DNA from: Glycera tridactyla
Taxonomy: Eukaryota
Direction: 5' to 3'
NCBI GenBank assembly: GCA_965644265.1
Contig: OZ286470.1
Span: 9,238,001 to 9,302,000, forward strand
Length of the DNA stretch: 64,000 bases
Shown here: in pieces, positions 49,606 to 63,500 of the stretch
Layout: each line of letters opens with the position of its first letter
Numbering within the stretch: the first letter of the stretch is position 1
Translations under genes and position numbers: made by a program
The notes under the pieces: model-generated
Databases searched by the model: none
Seen by the model: the letters and a program-made list of their open reading frames with translations, nothing else
Told to the model about the DNA's origin: nothing

Positions 49606-52600
49606 TCGCTTGCTCGCTCAGTCAGGGTAGGAGCGTGATAATGTGATATTGTGGATGGCTGGTGCAAGCTAGCGTCAAATCCGCCCCATTTGCCTACCTT
49701 CACATCCAAGGAAAAATTAATTCCCACTAGGATAGATCTATCCCAGGATAAATAGGAGGAATGTGTAGACTAGACAGTGTAGTGTGCCCCGACCATTAGA
49801 TGCTTCCCGTTTTTGATAGCAATATCATATATTCTGTTTCGGTTTTTGTCATTGTATTCTGAAAATAGTCATATCAGCATCTATGATGTTGCATGGAGAA
49901 TGGAAAGAATTGCCCAATTATGGCTCCTCGTGGGAGTTTATGTGGCAAATGTGAAGCGACGTCATGCTCTGTGTTGCGGGAATTGCAGTCCTGTGATTGA
50001 TGTTGGTGTTTTGAGTGTTTTATCACGGTTAACCAAATAATATCAATTTTGGTTGCCATGGAAGAATGTGGTATCAATTATCAAAAGTTGAGCAAGAGAA
50101 TTTCATGCTGAACCCCTGGGAAAAATGTTTATTCTTCTACCGTTAATCATGCTGAATAGATATATATTGAAAGTTTAGTGACGGTCTCAGTCTTATGATG
50201 AAACTGCTCATTGGTATTCAGGTCAAGCCTGCTGTACATCAATTATGCTTGTCTCTTGAATGACTTCTGTTAAAGAAGAGGCACATTTCAAGTCAGTTTT
50301 CCAGCACTAAGCATCTCCGATTGTGTGTGTGCATGCGTGTGTGCGTGCGTGCATGTGCGACTGTCTGGCTCTGGCTGATGGTTGTTCTCAAAAACAATTG
50401 GCTTCAAATCCATTCCAGATATTCTGAACTCAAAGCACATCCATAGTTTAAGTACACTGTGGTGCATCCGACAGTTTGATCCCATCGTTAAGGAAGCGTT
50501 GAGGGTCTTGAAATTCTACCGAACCTTCTGAGCATAGACTACCCATCATGTGACAAGAAGTGATTCTCAGAAGAGACATTTTCTCAGAAGGAGTATACAC
50601 AAGTGTTACACACAATCACTGATTTCATGACCGACGCCTCAATTAATGGTTTCACTATTTTGAGACAGTGATTGACTGGATGGTAAAACAGCACTGGAGG
50701 TGATATTGTACCAACAACTTTGACTCAATCTCAGTAAAGTGTGTGTCTAAGAGTTAAGGATAATTCTCAGTGGGCAGTTGAATGGACTGTTTCTTGGAGA
50801 CGGATGTACCATGTCATATACTGAGTGACTCACCAATTGTGAGAATTCATAATTAAGTTACGTGGGAATTTTTGAGTAAGTTACGAGCTTTGTACCTGAC
50901 AGGATTGAAACGTTTATCAAGATGGAAGGAAGGAGTTCACATAGCCAGGTGAGTTATGGACAATTAGATAGCCCTAGTTCTGGTATTTGATAATATTGAT
51001 GTCCAATTGAAATGAAATATGAGCTGTCCCAATTTACATTGGGCATCAATAAGTATTGGATACGGGAACTCATTAGATTTTAACCAGACAAGCGGCAGGC
51101 TACAACAGTCCCCCATTCTCACTCCTCTACAAGACCCAGTACAGTGTTACCTTTAACCAATTAACCTCCATGTTGGTCCACTAATTTTGATAATTCACCA
51201 TCTTCTAAACATACTTTGGCCACTCTCAGTTTGGGTGGTTGTCTGTAAAGCTTATCTTCTGCCTTCTCACATATAAGCATAAGCTGTATATCTCTGTATC
51301 ATGTCTCATTGACACTGAAAATCATTTGGTGTAATTCATCAATTGTTCATTTCAGTATCAAGATGGGATAAGTACGCACTACCCATAATCAAAAGAATTA
51401 TGATATCATATCATATATTTGTCAGGATATTCTGAATACTCTGTTCAGAGCACTATTTCTCAATTCGAAAAAACATTCTCCTCTTTTATCTCAGATTTAT
51501 TGAGTCGGGTGAAGACTATCATTTAAGCACAACTGCACTTCTTTGATATCAGTCTTTTCAAAAATGTTTTACCACACAGGGAAATGTATTTGCGACCATG
51601 ATATAGCATGCAGAGCAGGTGGTCTTTCTAACACTTATATCTAACACTAATCCTAAAAAGAAAAGGTCATCCAAGAAGCCATCCTACCGAAAGCAAAACA
51701 TTCCATTCCAGCAGGTTCTTCCATCTTTACATGTCAATTTCTGTTGGACTGCCCATCTTACCTGATGGTCTATGAGGGTAACATCACAAAAATAAGATTC
51801 AAAGAGAGTAAAAATGAGAAAATGTAGTTTACACTGAACACAGTGTGAGCGTGTGACCTGGTTCCGTGGCGGCTCACACCCATTATGAAAGTACTACCCT
51901 GGAGCGTGCTTTGTGTGCGGTTAAAGCAGCAAAAATCATGCTATTTTGTTGTGAAGGTTCACAGAACATGGTTTGAAAAGCACAGGTGTTGCTGCCTTCT
52001 ACCTGTCATAATGAGTTGTGATAATAATAAATGATATCAGGGCAGATAGCATAACAAGTTTGCACTGTTAGACTTCTCTCCTCTATATATATTTACTACA
52101 TTTTTTATGAGAATATGGCTTGTGGGGAAGATTGTTTTCATAATTGTGCACACCTATTGGAACATTGTCCTCATGATCAACATGGTTTCCTGAAGACTAA
52201 GACTTTTGTTCGAGTAAGACTGCTTCAGGAATATCTCTATCTTTAGTTCCAAAACCTCCAGCATTTCCCAATTTGTGCATTGATCTTTTCAAGTGTGGTC
52301 TTATGGAATCTGCCTTGAATGCAGTTTTTTTTATAACATTTGAAGGACATAAATTCGGCTCAACTTTCAAGAAGCTCTGAGTAATGTGCTTGATTTTTGA
52401 CTGCCAAATCTTGAACATCTTCATTGTTGGCATGAAGTCAACTTGAGTCTGCAGCACTTTGTGATCTTGTGGTATCTGTCATCTAGTCTGATGTGTCAAA
52501 ATGATTTCATCCATCATGCAAATTGAGCAAATTGGCAATTGAAGCGATTAATAGTGGGACTTTCTAGACAAGTTCGAGGGTAGGTGCCAATTCTCAAAAA

Positions 52601-52678
52601 AAGGTGCAGATTCCGAACGCTGGATACTGTCATCTAGGTGTCCTCCTAATCAGGGTGAGATACTGTGAGTGTGAGCCC

Positions 52679-52998
52679 GTGAGTGTGAGCCCGTGGATTC
52701 TGGAGACAGATAGGTACCGTGAGTGTGACCCCGTGGATTCTGGGGACAGATAGGTGCTGTGAGTGTGACCCCGTGGATTCTGGGGACAGATAGGTACCGT
52801 GAGTGTGAGCCCGTGGATTCTGGGGACAGATAGGTACCGTGAGTGTGAGCCCGTGGATTCTGGAGACAGATAGGTACCGTGAGTGTGAGCCCGTGGATTC
52901 TGGAGACAGATAGGTGCCTTGAGTGTGAGCCCGTGGATTCTGGAGACAGATAGGTGCCGTGAGTGTGAGCCCGTGGATTCTGGGGACAGATAGGTGCC
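52679..52998. repeat. 40-bp minisatellite x8
   Basis: GTGAGTGTGAGCCCGTGGATTCTGG(A/G)GACAGATAGGT(A/G)CC units back-to-back, with a 14-bp partial unit at 52665-52678. Confidence 0.95.
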
Positions 52999-53334
52999 GG
53001 CTGGCTGAGGGAGTTATATTGTGCAGTTGGATTCCACCGGAGCTGGAGTATTTCCAGCCCAGGTTGCCAGAGGTAAAAATTACAGCTGGGATGTTTATCT
53101 TTGTTTAGACTGATAATAACGATCTCCAGTAACACCACCCCCACCACCGAGGAGAGCAACGCACTCCTCTCGCTTTGTCCTCCACACCTCTCAGAACTTA
53201 GTGCTTTTTATTTTCATTTTCACCTGTTGATTATTGTGGAGAGGTGGGAATAAAGTGTAGCCTTGCTATATACCACCTCATGAAACTGATCTCAGGTGGT
53301 AAGTGATCATAACAAGTTCTGAGCCTTCATAAGA

Positions 53335-53530
53335 AAAAAGATGACACCACACCCATCCAGCGCAATGACCATATTAACAGAACCATGAACAACCAAAGCA
53401 GAGTTGGGCAGGTCATCAGTGAAATACTAGGTCGGGGTTTTAGGCACTTTAAATCTTAGACCCCTGGAGAAGGGAGATCTGGCGGCCCAGCCAAGATTGG
53501 AGGAATCTTGACTTCTGTCAATCTCCAGCC
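53335..53530 (+). pseudogene. Decayed RTE-clade LINE ORF C-terminal fragment
   Basis: Frameshifted translation gives SWAGHQ followed by TPGEGRSGGPAK, resembling RTE/RTE-X (W/H)AGH...WxP..GxR..GRP. Homologous pieces at 9560-9760 and about 40810-40930. Confidence 0.5.
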
Positions 53531-54224
53531 ACAGCTCTTTCAAGCCAGTGGGTCCATGCGGATACACAGCCCCTCTAAAGTTACGAGCCTCTTATTGTGG
53601 ACAGTCATGTGTGAGTTTTCTCTCCTATTTATATTGCAAATGGTGGGACAAACTAAGTTTCGATTTCACTAACCAATGTCTGAATCAAATTTATCAGCTT
53701 TCATTTTCAGCAAGGCAGAACTCACCATTGAATTATTTTTTCTAAAATAATCAAGTCCTATTCATCATTTTCTTAGATTTACTTGTATTTCACTCTCCAG
53801 CGTCTTTTGACTCTTAACGGATGATCTTTCGCCTTCTCATTTGGCAGTCACCATCTTGTATGCAGTAAATGTAGTCCTCTCAAAATAAAATAGGTGCTGT
53901 CACATGGGTTTTTTGGTTCTAGCAGTAAGAACAGACCTGAAAAAAAAACTGCAAGCGTTGTGAATGAATCATACATATCTGCTGAAAAAATTCAGCAAAA
54001 CATGCCAAATCTTGACATGGATTTTCCAGGCCCTCTAAATATCAAGGCAAATGAGGGAATGAATATTTGTGTCAGATGAAATTATGTTTCACCATACACC
54101 ATTGAAATGTAGAAATTACATTTTCAGAAATCATCCGATTTCTTGTGGATCTGAACCTAGGATCTTCAGACTGTCATCAACCTCGTAGCCTGTGGAAATT
54201 TGTGTCCTTTGCCAATGTGTGTGC

Positions 54225-54281
<57 letters not shown>

Positions 54282-54282
54282 G
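54225..54282. repeat. (TG)n microsatellite
   Basis: Direct inspection; another (TG)n tract at about 45338-45390. Confidence 0.9.
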
Positions 54283-55304
54283 TTAGACATGTGATAAGTG
54301 CATGTGCTTGTGTGTGCATGTGGGCAATCATTGCAAGTGTACACTTAACCAGGCAGACATCCCAGACTTCACCTCTTCCCAGGTTCCACTACTGCCAACA
54401 CATGGCCACGTTGATTTAGTATCCAGTTTCACATCTTAACCTCGCTTGGATCATGTGTACATAATATTCACAAACACAGGCCACCATCATTCCCATGTTA
54501 CCATGGAGAAGGTATGCAGAGCAATTCATTCATGGATATCAGGAGTGTGTCGGGCTGCCACATTTTGACAAATATGGTACAATATCTGGAGAGTCTTGCA
54601 GCTCAGGTTATTATCAATGTAGTTGTTTGAAGATGAAGCTAACACTGAGGGTTCAATTTTCTTCTTTTCTCTGATATTCAACGACGGAAGTTGTTCAAAT
54701 ATCAATTGAACACAAATTTTCCATTAGCTGGATCGAAGGAAAACTGTCAGATGCACATCCTGTCAGAGAAGATGGCATTGCGTGAGACGGGTTCACATTT
54801 TGTTCCGGCTTCAGTCATTTGAAAACTGGGTAGAAACACTGAAAATTCTATTTTCTACAAATCTTTGTTGCTGTCATTATGATGGTCTACACTGACACTA
54901 CCTGACAAAATATTCATAGAATGAGAGGCTTGGGATCAGGTGCACCTATCACTTATCATCTTGTTTTGGAATTGTATTCTCATTCTAAGAAATTATTCAA
55001 TAACCAGAATGCTAGAGATTCATCATCACATGGATGTGATATTTTCAATGAAGTATCAGGCGTTGAGTATTGCGTGTGATACTTAACAGATTGTTGAGAA
55101 CTAATTTTGGGGATTTCTTTCCTGATCCATGTGATAAAAGCAGGGATGTATGGCCGTGAGGTAAGAATGCAATACCAGACTCAGTTTGAATTTCAGTGGA
55201 TGCCACTCGGCCTTCAGCCCTGTGACACCCAGCAAAATTCATACCTCGTTCGGTATTGCATCTTTACTTCACAGCCATATATTCTTGCTATATTACTGCT
55301 TCAG

Positions 55305-55699
55305 GAATAATAGAATGTGTTGATAACATAGATTTAGATGGAAATATTACACTCCCATTCCGAGCTGCTGAAATCAGTTGTAGCTATACTTCTCACAGAA
55401 TTCAATGGAAACTGAGCTTCATGCCAGTGTCAAGAATATCTTCATATTCATGGGAATTCTGCCTCGATAATTTGACTCCAGGAGCTCATTCAGCAGAAAA
55501 GATTGGAGTGACTGAAATGTCAATATACTCGACAAGTGGTCATGACATCTACACTCTCAAGCAAGATTACATAAATTGCTACATTTCCGTGTCTGCTAAT
55601 AACAGCTTGGCTTCAGAGACAATATCTCAAAAAGCTACTGAGTTGTCAATAGGAATTGTCTACAATTGTCCTGGGAAAAAATGTTTGAGGCCTGCCTGA
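55305..55699 (+). CDS. Candidate exon, possibly FN3/Ig-like beta-sandwich (unverified)
   Basis: Within a 147-codon open frame in non-repeat DNA; acceptor TACTGCTTCAG| at 55304; LDNLTPG and YISVSANNSLA resemble FN3-type strands. No clear donor, and no partner exons identified. Confidence 0.2.
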
Positions 55700-55953
55700 G
55701 ATGTGCCACTTCCATACTCAGCAAGCTTTTGTTGTGAATTTGATATGATTTCAACTGTTTATATTCACACTCCAAAGGGAGGTCATTTAGTCAAGATGCA
55801 TGTAGATCAGGTTCTGGAATGTGGCATCAGATTCTCAGTCATTTGTCAATGAATCAGCTTGAAAATATCTTTCATTACTTCGATGTGACCTGGGTTCTAC
55901 TGCAGTTTCATATACAGTTAAAACTGCATACAAAGACCACCTTCGGTCCCATG

Positions 55954-56150
55954 CAGGGCTCTACATTGACTTTTTTCTTCAGCTGTCCTTTGGGCAGGTG
56001 CAGTGGGATTTTTACCTACACTCCCATCATTTTCACCTGCCCTCCTGCATATATACATAGCCATTGGGCAGGCAGACTGATGAAATCACCTGCCCTAACA
56101 ATAAATCTGCCTTCCTCTGCCAGTAGGGCAATCATTACCATAGAGCCCTG
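55954..56150. mobile_element. hAT-like MITE, TIR CAGGGCTCTA, nested in a CAGT-type MITE
   Basis: CAGGGCTCTA...TAGAGCCCTG; its flanks are the two halves of a GACCACC-type MITE. A further copy lies at 56727-57126 with a retroposon inside. Confidence 0.7.
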
Positions 56151-59025
56151 CCATAAAAAGTGGCGTCCGTGAAAATTGTATTCACCTGTATAAGATATGA
56201 TTGCTGTCGTCACTTGGTGGTGTGTAGTCCTTGTAGACATGTGGTCCTTCTGTAGAGGTGGTCTCAAATTGGTTCAAATGTAGACTTGCCTGAGTTGGAA
56301 AGACAAGATTGATGTATCGCTCATCAAATCAATGTAGTGAACATTTTTGCTGAGCTGAGAATCGATATGATATGTGTTGACAAGAACACATGCCTATTCA
56401 ATAAAGTCAAGATATCCCACAGTGTGGCCTCAGGATTCAAACCTATGAGAGACAGAGAGAATCAGGCATGATGGACTCAGAAGGCAGACACAGTTTAGTA
56501 CAGTTTGATGAGATTAGACTGGATAGAGATGACAAACCGGTGAAATCAAATGGCACGTAAAAACTTCATTGATGTGGCTAAACTGCATTAGTTGTGTTCT
56601 GGAAGGAAATGCTCTAAGTGTTGTCAACCTCTGGAACTATATCAAGGAGAGAATGGGGTATTGGTAATGACAGTAATCCATTTTCAATGACTGGTAAGTT
56701 TGTAAGCTACAATGTCTCTCAAGTGACAGGGCTCTACATTAATTTTTTTCTACAGAGACCCCTCAGACAGGTGTAATGGTGTGTCTAAACTGCCACCTAC
56801 TTCCATCTGACAACCTTTCAGGTTCCCCATCATCTTGTGTTCAGGGTTTGTGAGAGTGGTGTCTGCAGAGTAGAGAACATCTAGCTTTCATTGACCAGGA
56901 ACACATGTCATACATAATCTTCTAGATTGATACATGCCGTTAAACCTTAAATAAACAAACAAACAAATGATCAAACAAAATCAGCCGCCATCCCTAACAT
57001 TTTCACCTGCCCTCCTGTGTATAATCATAGAGTGAATAATGGTCATGTGCAGGCTGACTAGATCATCAATCCAGCATTAAATCTGCCCTTTTGTGCCAGT
57101 AGGGCAGGCCTCAGCTTAGAGCCCTGGATGACTGTATTAGAGATCTAGTAGGCCAGTGGGTCAATCATCCAAATACCAGGTTCTAAACCAATCTAGAATA
57201 GAAGTTCATAGTGGTTATTCTCCACTCATGCTTGAACCATTCATAACAATCACAATTATGCTGGGTGGATTTTGGATGCCCTATGGACATTGGAGCTACT
57301 ATGTTACTCATTTGCATTAAGCTACAAGGAGATTTGGAGTAAACATTTCAGTGTATAGTGTTTGGTAGACTGTGGTGGATGGGGGATCCACTAGTGCCGC
57401 TGGCAAGACCTCCACACCTCTTCTCCGCCCGTTTCCTCCGGCAGCAAGTTTTGCAGCATCTATTTCGGTTGGCTATACATAAACATGGCACACATCATCT
57501 CCCGAACATAAGGCCCTTGTCTCCCGCCACCACCCCATGCCACCATCTATACTGGACAGTTTCACCAAAGACAGGAAAAGCAGTCGAGGGATAAAAGTAA
57601 GCGTTCCAGGGATGTTGTCGATTCACTCAAAAACTATGATGCTACAGTGCTACTACAGCTTTGATTTTTTGACTTCACTTACACTTGAGTGAAAATCTCC
57701 AATGCCATTGGCACTCTGGGCTTCCAGGATCCTGCTATTTTGGCCAGGTTTTTCGTTTGCCTGGGATCCTGTTGTATATTGATTTAATAACAGATTTGTC
57801 ATTTTCTTGAGGAGGACATATCCTCACTTGCTAATTGATATAATGAGCATTTATTAATGACTTACATCAGCAGGTCATGAGAGGTGAGGACATTTACATT
57901 TTAGTGTCTGCAGGAATAGCTTTAGCTGCTGCCAAGTTTCAAGGTCAACAGTGTGAGGATTGTGTTTTTGAAATAAAACCGAGTGCCAGTCCCACTGGCC
58001 TGGCTGGCCTAGTTCGCTCGCAGCACCAACAATGCAGTTGAAAGAACAATGTAGTAATCAACCTGGACTGGGCTTTCTGATACAAAAAGCAATTGCAAGT
58101 GCCCAGATGCGTGCCTTTGTAAGACAGAGTCAAATTCAAATGGAACTTCTTTTCCTTCTGCATTATACTCATTTTTGGAAACACTGTTGAATTCTTGTCA
58201 TCGGAAAAACAGGGTATCTATGATGAATCCACTGGTTCCTGGATGGATTAGGACAGTAGGCAATATCCCAGCAATATTGTCTGAGTTGATAGGTCTTCTC
58301 ACCTTCAATATTTTCAAGACCTCTTGTCTTTCTAGTAATGGCTGCATGAACTTTCACTCGGCGCGCTTTGGTTGAAATGTGTTTGTATCCTGGCAGGTAG
58401 GTTACTGACAAATAGATGAAAGAACTGCAGAGAAGCTTTCAAAACAAGATTCACTGCACTAGTTTCTTTAAGTGATCAGCGCAGCTGTAGAGATCAAATA
58501 TTATAAAGGCTTGACCCCCCCCCCCCCATCCACAATAAGTTTAGCCTACCTTTTTGAATACATCCATTACTAATGGTTTTTGCTATGACAGAATGTGTTC
58601 CATGACACCTGAGTTGCTAATGCCACTCCTATCTTTTGCCATGGTCATGCCTAATTATCCATATCCATACTAATCCTATTTCAATGAAATTGACAAATAA
58701 ACATAAGATAGGATGATATAAGATTCTTTTATTTCACCAGGCATACAAAAGTAGATACATGTTATTGGATCCAACATACATCATTGGTTCCTCAAGCTGA
58801 ACGCCTACTCCCCTCTAGTGCCTGGTTACCTAAAACTTTTCATCTTATTTCTGTTTTGTGTATGATACTCACATGTCTCATTTGATGTCTCATTTTACTA
58901 TTTCAGCTTGCCGAAAGTTACCAAAACATATCTCAATCTCAATCTAAAAGATGTTCAGGGAAAAAGATGTATATCCCAGGCAAAGTCAAGAAATATAATA
59001 AATCAGTGGTTGGAGCACCATGCTT

Positions 59026-59084
59026 GATTTGGATTCATCGAGTACGATTTGGATTCATCGAGTACGATTTGGATTCATCGAGTA
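59026..59084. repeat. 20-bp tandem repeat x3
   Basis: GATTTGGATTCATCGAGTAC repeated three times (last copy 19 bp). Confidence 0.9.
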
Positions 59085-59154
59085 GCAGGACACATAAACC
59101 ACATTGAAAGTGATGCCTCAATTGGCTGCACATGAAAATGATCGAAGTCCGGAA

Positions 59155-59350
59155 TAGGGCTCTATGTTGGCCAAAATATTTAGGAGCCGGCTGGCCCCTA
59201 AGTTTGGTAGCAAGTGCAAAATTTTGGTAGCCAATCAATGCATTGCCAATTACAATCTCTCAAAATTTCAGGGGCGGCTCTTAAAATATGGCAGGCTGAG
59301 GGTAAATTTGGTAGCAATTGGCTACCCACAGTTAGCAATGTAGAGCCCTG
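59155..59350. mobile_element. hAT-like MITE, second subfamily (GGTAGCCA-rich interior)
   Basis: TAGGGCTCTA...TAGAGCCCTG; related copies at about 34019-34209, 35600-35779, 61915-62105 and 63326-63524. Confidence 0.65.
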
Positions 59351-60122
59351 TGGAACCTCGGAAACCAAACACAGTATTTGAACATATTTTTGGTTCATCA
59401 AGGGCTTTACGGGAACTTTGTTTTTTTTCCATGGCCTTGATCCCCTCCAAAGCTGAAGGTGAAGATACCCCAACTCTGTTCGTAGTTCACCATGTTATGA
59501 GGTCAGTAGGTCATGACCTTCTTTGGGTCATTGGGTCAAGATGCATGTAGATCAGGTTCTGGAATGTGGCATCAGGTGGTGCGTGGTGGTGCTGGCAAGT
59601 TGTTGTTTCTCCTCGACTTGCCCCAGATCGTTTTTTCCTGGGTTATGTTCTCTTACCTTTCAGGATGAAAGGTCACGTAAATGTACAGATGTAAGTTACT
59701 CACCCCATGGCATAGAATACATAATCTGTCGTAGATGCGTAATTTCAAGTTGGGAGTGTGTGTGTGGGGAGGGGTTGAAGAACTGAATGGCATTTGGTGG
59801 ATAGCATTTGTGATCTTCAAGGTTACACGAGGCACCCTGCGTGCCCCAACCACAAATCATATAGTATGTATGTGTTCCTTTGGAAAAGAAAGATATACTC
59901 CCAACCATTGGAAGATACCTATATCAACCCCTTGTCAGTCCTCAAATTGGCAGATGGTTTCTCAAAGACAAAGGTATAAGATGGATAAAGTTACAACGTA
60001 CTATAGATTATAAAGGATGACTTCTTAAAAAAGTGGCAGAACTAAACTCTGGCCCTGAATGATGCCTTATTCGCATTACTATTGTAATCTCTGCTAAAGT
60101 CTGTGTTTAGGTTAACACATGT

Positions 60123-60561
60123 AAAGTCTGTCAAATTCGATTGTGGCAGGTTTGTTTTTTGCCCTAGCATCGCGAATTCACATGGGATTGAAATGAGACT
60201 CACACACAGACATTGTTGACATCTTCGACGATTAGAAATGTGATCACGACGAAATCCCCCTATATAGTTCACCTTAGAATGCCAAATATGTCAATTTCAC
60301 TCTAGTTTCACGTCAATTACGGTGGCCGTATCTCCACTGTTTTGCATACAGATATTCGTCGATAATGGCGATGATTTGCCATACAAATGCACTGAAATGA
60401 TGGTCTAATCCTCTTCTAAAGCACACAGACCACCTGAGACTAGATTCGATAATCGTCGGAAGACCTGTACAATCCATTCGTGTCATTAAAAGTCAAATCA
60501 GATGAAAATTGATGAAGTTAGCGTCTGAAACGTACTCGCCACATTTGGATTTGACAGAGTT
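60123..60561. mobile_element. Dispersed TIR element (TIR approx. AACTCTGTCAAATCCAAATGTGG)
   Basis: Inverted termini; fragments recur at about 10745-11010 (reverse), 29378-29560 (reverse), 29790-30020 and 62940-63050. Confidence 0.55.
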
Positions 60562-63500
60562 CAGTCATTTTGTTAATTGGTTTTAGTATGATTGCCTTTC
60601 CTCATTTCACCATTGGTTGTTGGTCATCCTCAGATATGTCAGTTAGGGTGATCATTCAATAAGAATTATTGTGACCCTGGTCCTGTCTATACTGTATAGA
60701 AGATAATTTATTGTGGTTGTAGTTATTGACTGCAATTTGAGTTCTTACCATGTCTTGTCTTTACCTTTTGATCCTTTATGATTTCCTTTATCTTGTCCTT
60801 CTTTGATTGCCCTTAATTGTACATCGAATATTGTCACCATAACTTCTGCCTGTTTCAGTGAACAAATGTGTTAACTAATCGAGAATAGTTTATTTGTCAT
60901 GCCATGTAGCACTCAACATGAATTATTTCTGTTGCTATATGAATAAACGTTTACAAACAGAAGAATGCCACAATAGAGATGTGCTGGAAATGGATCATTC
61001 GACATCCTCCTAGTCTACCCCCCTAGCTGTGTTCAGCCTCAGTGTAAAAGTGATAGTTGCAGAACAAGCATCCTTTTCATTGTATGAATCTGGAACACTC
61101 CATGTACAAGATCCAGTAGGTTGAGATATGTATCAATCATCAGTCAACCTACCAATCTATCAACCAACCACACTCGGGTATCAGTTGACGGGTTTATGGT
61201 CAGAATCATTTCATATGAAATGAAATGAAAATTGTCTATTTGGGCTCTGGATGGGGGGGGGGGGGGGGGTTCCTAAGAACATTTCTTCCCTTCTTGGAGC
61301 ACAAAAAATACAAAACAAATATCAAATGACAAGACAAGCAAAGTATACATCACATGCAAATTCTAAAGAGTGAAACGTGAATACTCTTTACATTGCATCA
61401 CAGTGGAAGGAGCATAATAAGAGGTTACTATCATTCATCACGGACATAGAAACAAGGTTTGTCCATGATGCATTCCAATAATTAAGTATCACATTACATT
61501 AAATGGCTCTGTTTTAATTCCAACCAGCATGTAGTTTGTTCATCAGCTAATTTTATCAATTACTCTTCAAATTGAAATATCACATATAAGGCACCGTTAT
61601 ATTTCCTGATGTGGATGTTAATGGTGTGGGAGTTTGTGGGCTAATTGTATATTTCCTATTTTTCAGTTGCCAGTAATTACCAATGTTACATGATAGCAAT
61701 CTGCAAAATTAGCCACTCTTTTGAAAAGAGTGGAAGCAATGTGAATCTTTCTATTGATTGACATATTTCATCTGCGAAAAAGTGTTATCAAATGATTGTA
61801 TATCCATTTGCACATATATTATCTTTGGCCATCATTATTATGACAAGAGTAAAATGTGGCTACTATGACAGTGATTACGGTACCACAGTATGGGGCACGG
61901 AACCCAGGGATCCATGTTGGACAAAATATTTAGGAGCCAGCTGGCTCCTAAGTTTGAATTGTTGGTAGCCAGTGCAAAGTTTTGGTAGCCAGTCAATACA
62001 TTGCCGATTACAACCTCAGAATTTTAGGCGTGGCTGGCTCCTAACTTTTTATATATGGTAGTCAAAGCCTGAATTTGGTAGCCATTGGCAACCCACGGGT
62101 AACAATGTGACTGCGTCTTTTGGTTCTTGTCACATGTATTCTTTACATATATATTGATGCATGCATACACTGGCGAGCCTGTGCTAAGAAATCTTTGATA
62201 AGAGACTCCCCTACAAACATATACTTCCTCCTTAGGGCAGCTTTGCAAATATGGTCAGATGTACCCTGATAATGATGAAGCATTTCTTTTGGAAGACCAA
62301 TTTTGATGACATCCTTATGCCTTCTTCCCCATGGAAAGAATGCTGAATTTCGACATTGGTTTTGCTTTGACTTTGTACTAGGAGTCCATCCACACAATGT
62401 TGAGATGGTTAAATTGTCTTGTGGTGTCATGTACAGTCAGCCGTTCTAGACCCGCTGTCACTTTGGCCCAGACAATATGTATGTAAATATATACAAAATG
62501 CAAATGAGCAACCCCCAAGAAATGGACGCTTCACCACTGATTGTGTTAGATACACATGTAACAAACTCATAGACTTTGGGGGAATTACATGTCAGAACTC
62601 ATTTGAGAGATTGCAGTTGTTCATGTTTTTTGCGGCCCTGTGTAGTGTCGTCCATTTTGTTATAATGAGGCTAGAACTTGCTGCCATATGCAATTCCCAC
62701 ACTTTCCATTTCCCACTGCCTGAGCAGTGGGTCTGATCATTTTGCTGGTTGGGAAACCAAACACCATCCTTCTTCTGTGAAATCTTCACACAATTGGAGA
62801 TGGTTAGATGGAACTATGTCTCACGATACACCATTGGAATGTACAGATTACACTTTCAGAAATCAACCGTTCTTGTTAGATGGAACATAACAATTAACCC
62901 AGGGGTAATGGGGTAGCTTTCAAGCAGGGACCAAGCCTGTCAGATATGTCAATTTCATGCAGCTTCGCTGGGTGGGCAGTGGCCATATCCCCATGGTTCA
63001 TGTACAAAGAGTAGCCGGTAATGTCAGCAGATTTGCCATACGGATGTGATAAAATTAGAATGCATCCTTAAACTATGATTGCATGCAAGATGGGACACTT
63101 TAGTGTTTGAGACTTATTTGCCACTTTTCGATTGGACAGACTATGAGCAGATGTCTTGTAAACTGTGATCCTTGCGATGGTCGATGGGGGTCCCGACAGA
63201 GAGAGCTGTGAGATCATTCACCATTAGTGGGATATGGATTTTTGATTGCATGATCATGTAAGCGATAGACAATCATACAGGCATTTATTCATCTGATGCT
63301 AACTTACCATGTATCAAACATTCCACAGGGCTCTATTGTGCTACCTGTGGGTAGCCAATGACTACCAAATCTTCCCTCTGGCTACCGTACTTCAAAAGTT
63401 AGTAGCAAATGGCCGCTAAAATTCAAAAACATTTTGACTGGCTATGAACATTTGACATTGGCTGCCCAAAATATTGAATTAGGGGACAGCGGGCTCCTAA

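Noticed and set aside
49175-49630. 151-aa ORF with repeated LTPYLTHSLPHSLPTS
   Set aside because: Translation of the 16-bp repeat.
7543-52998. CRISPR-like appearance of the 73-, 81-, 40-, 20- and 16-bp arrays
   Set aside because: Units are contiguous with no unique spacers, there are no cas genes, and the context is eukaryotic.
52650-53159. 169-aa repetitive minus-strand ORF
   Set aside because: Translation of the 40-bp minisatellite; the period is not a multiple of 3.
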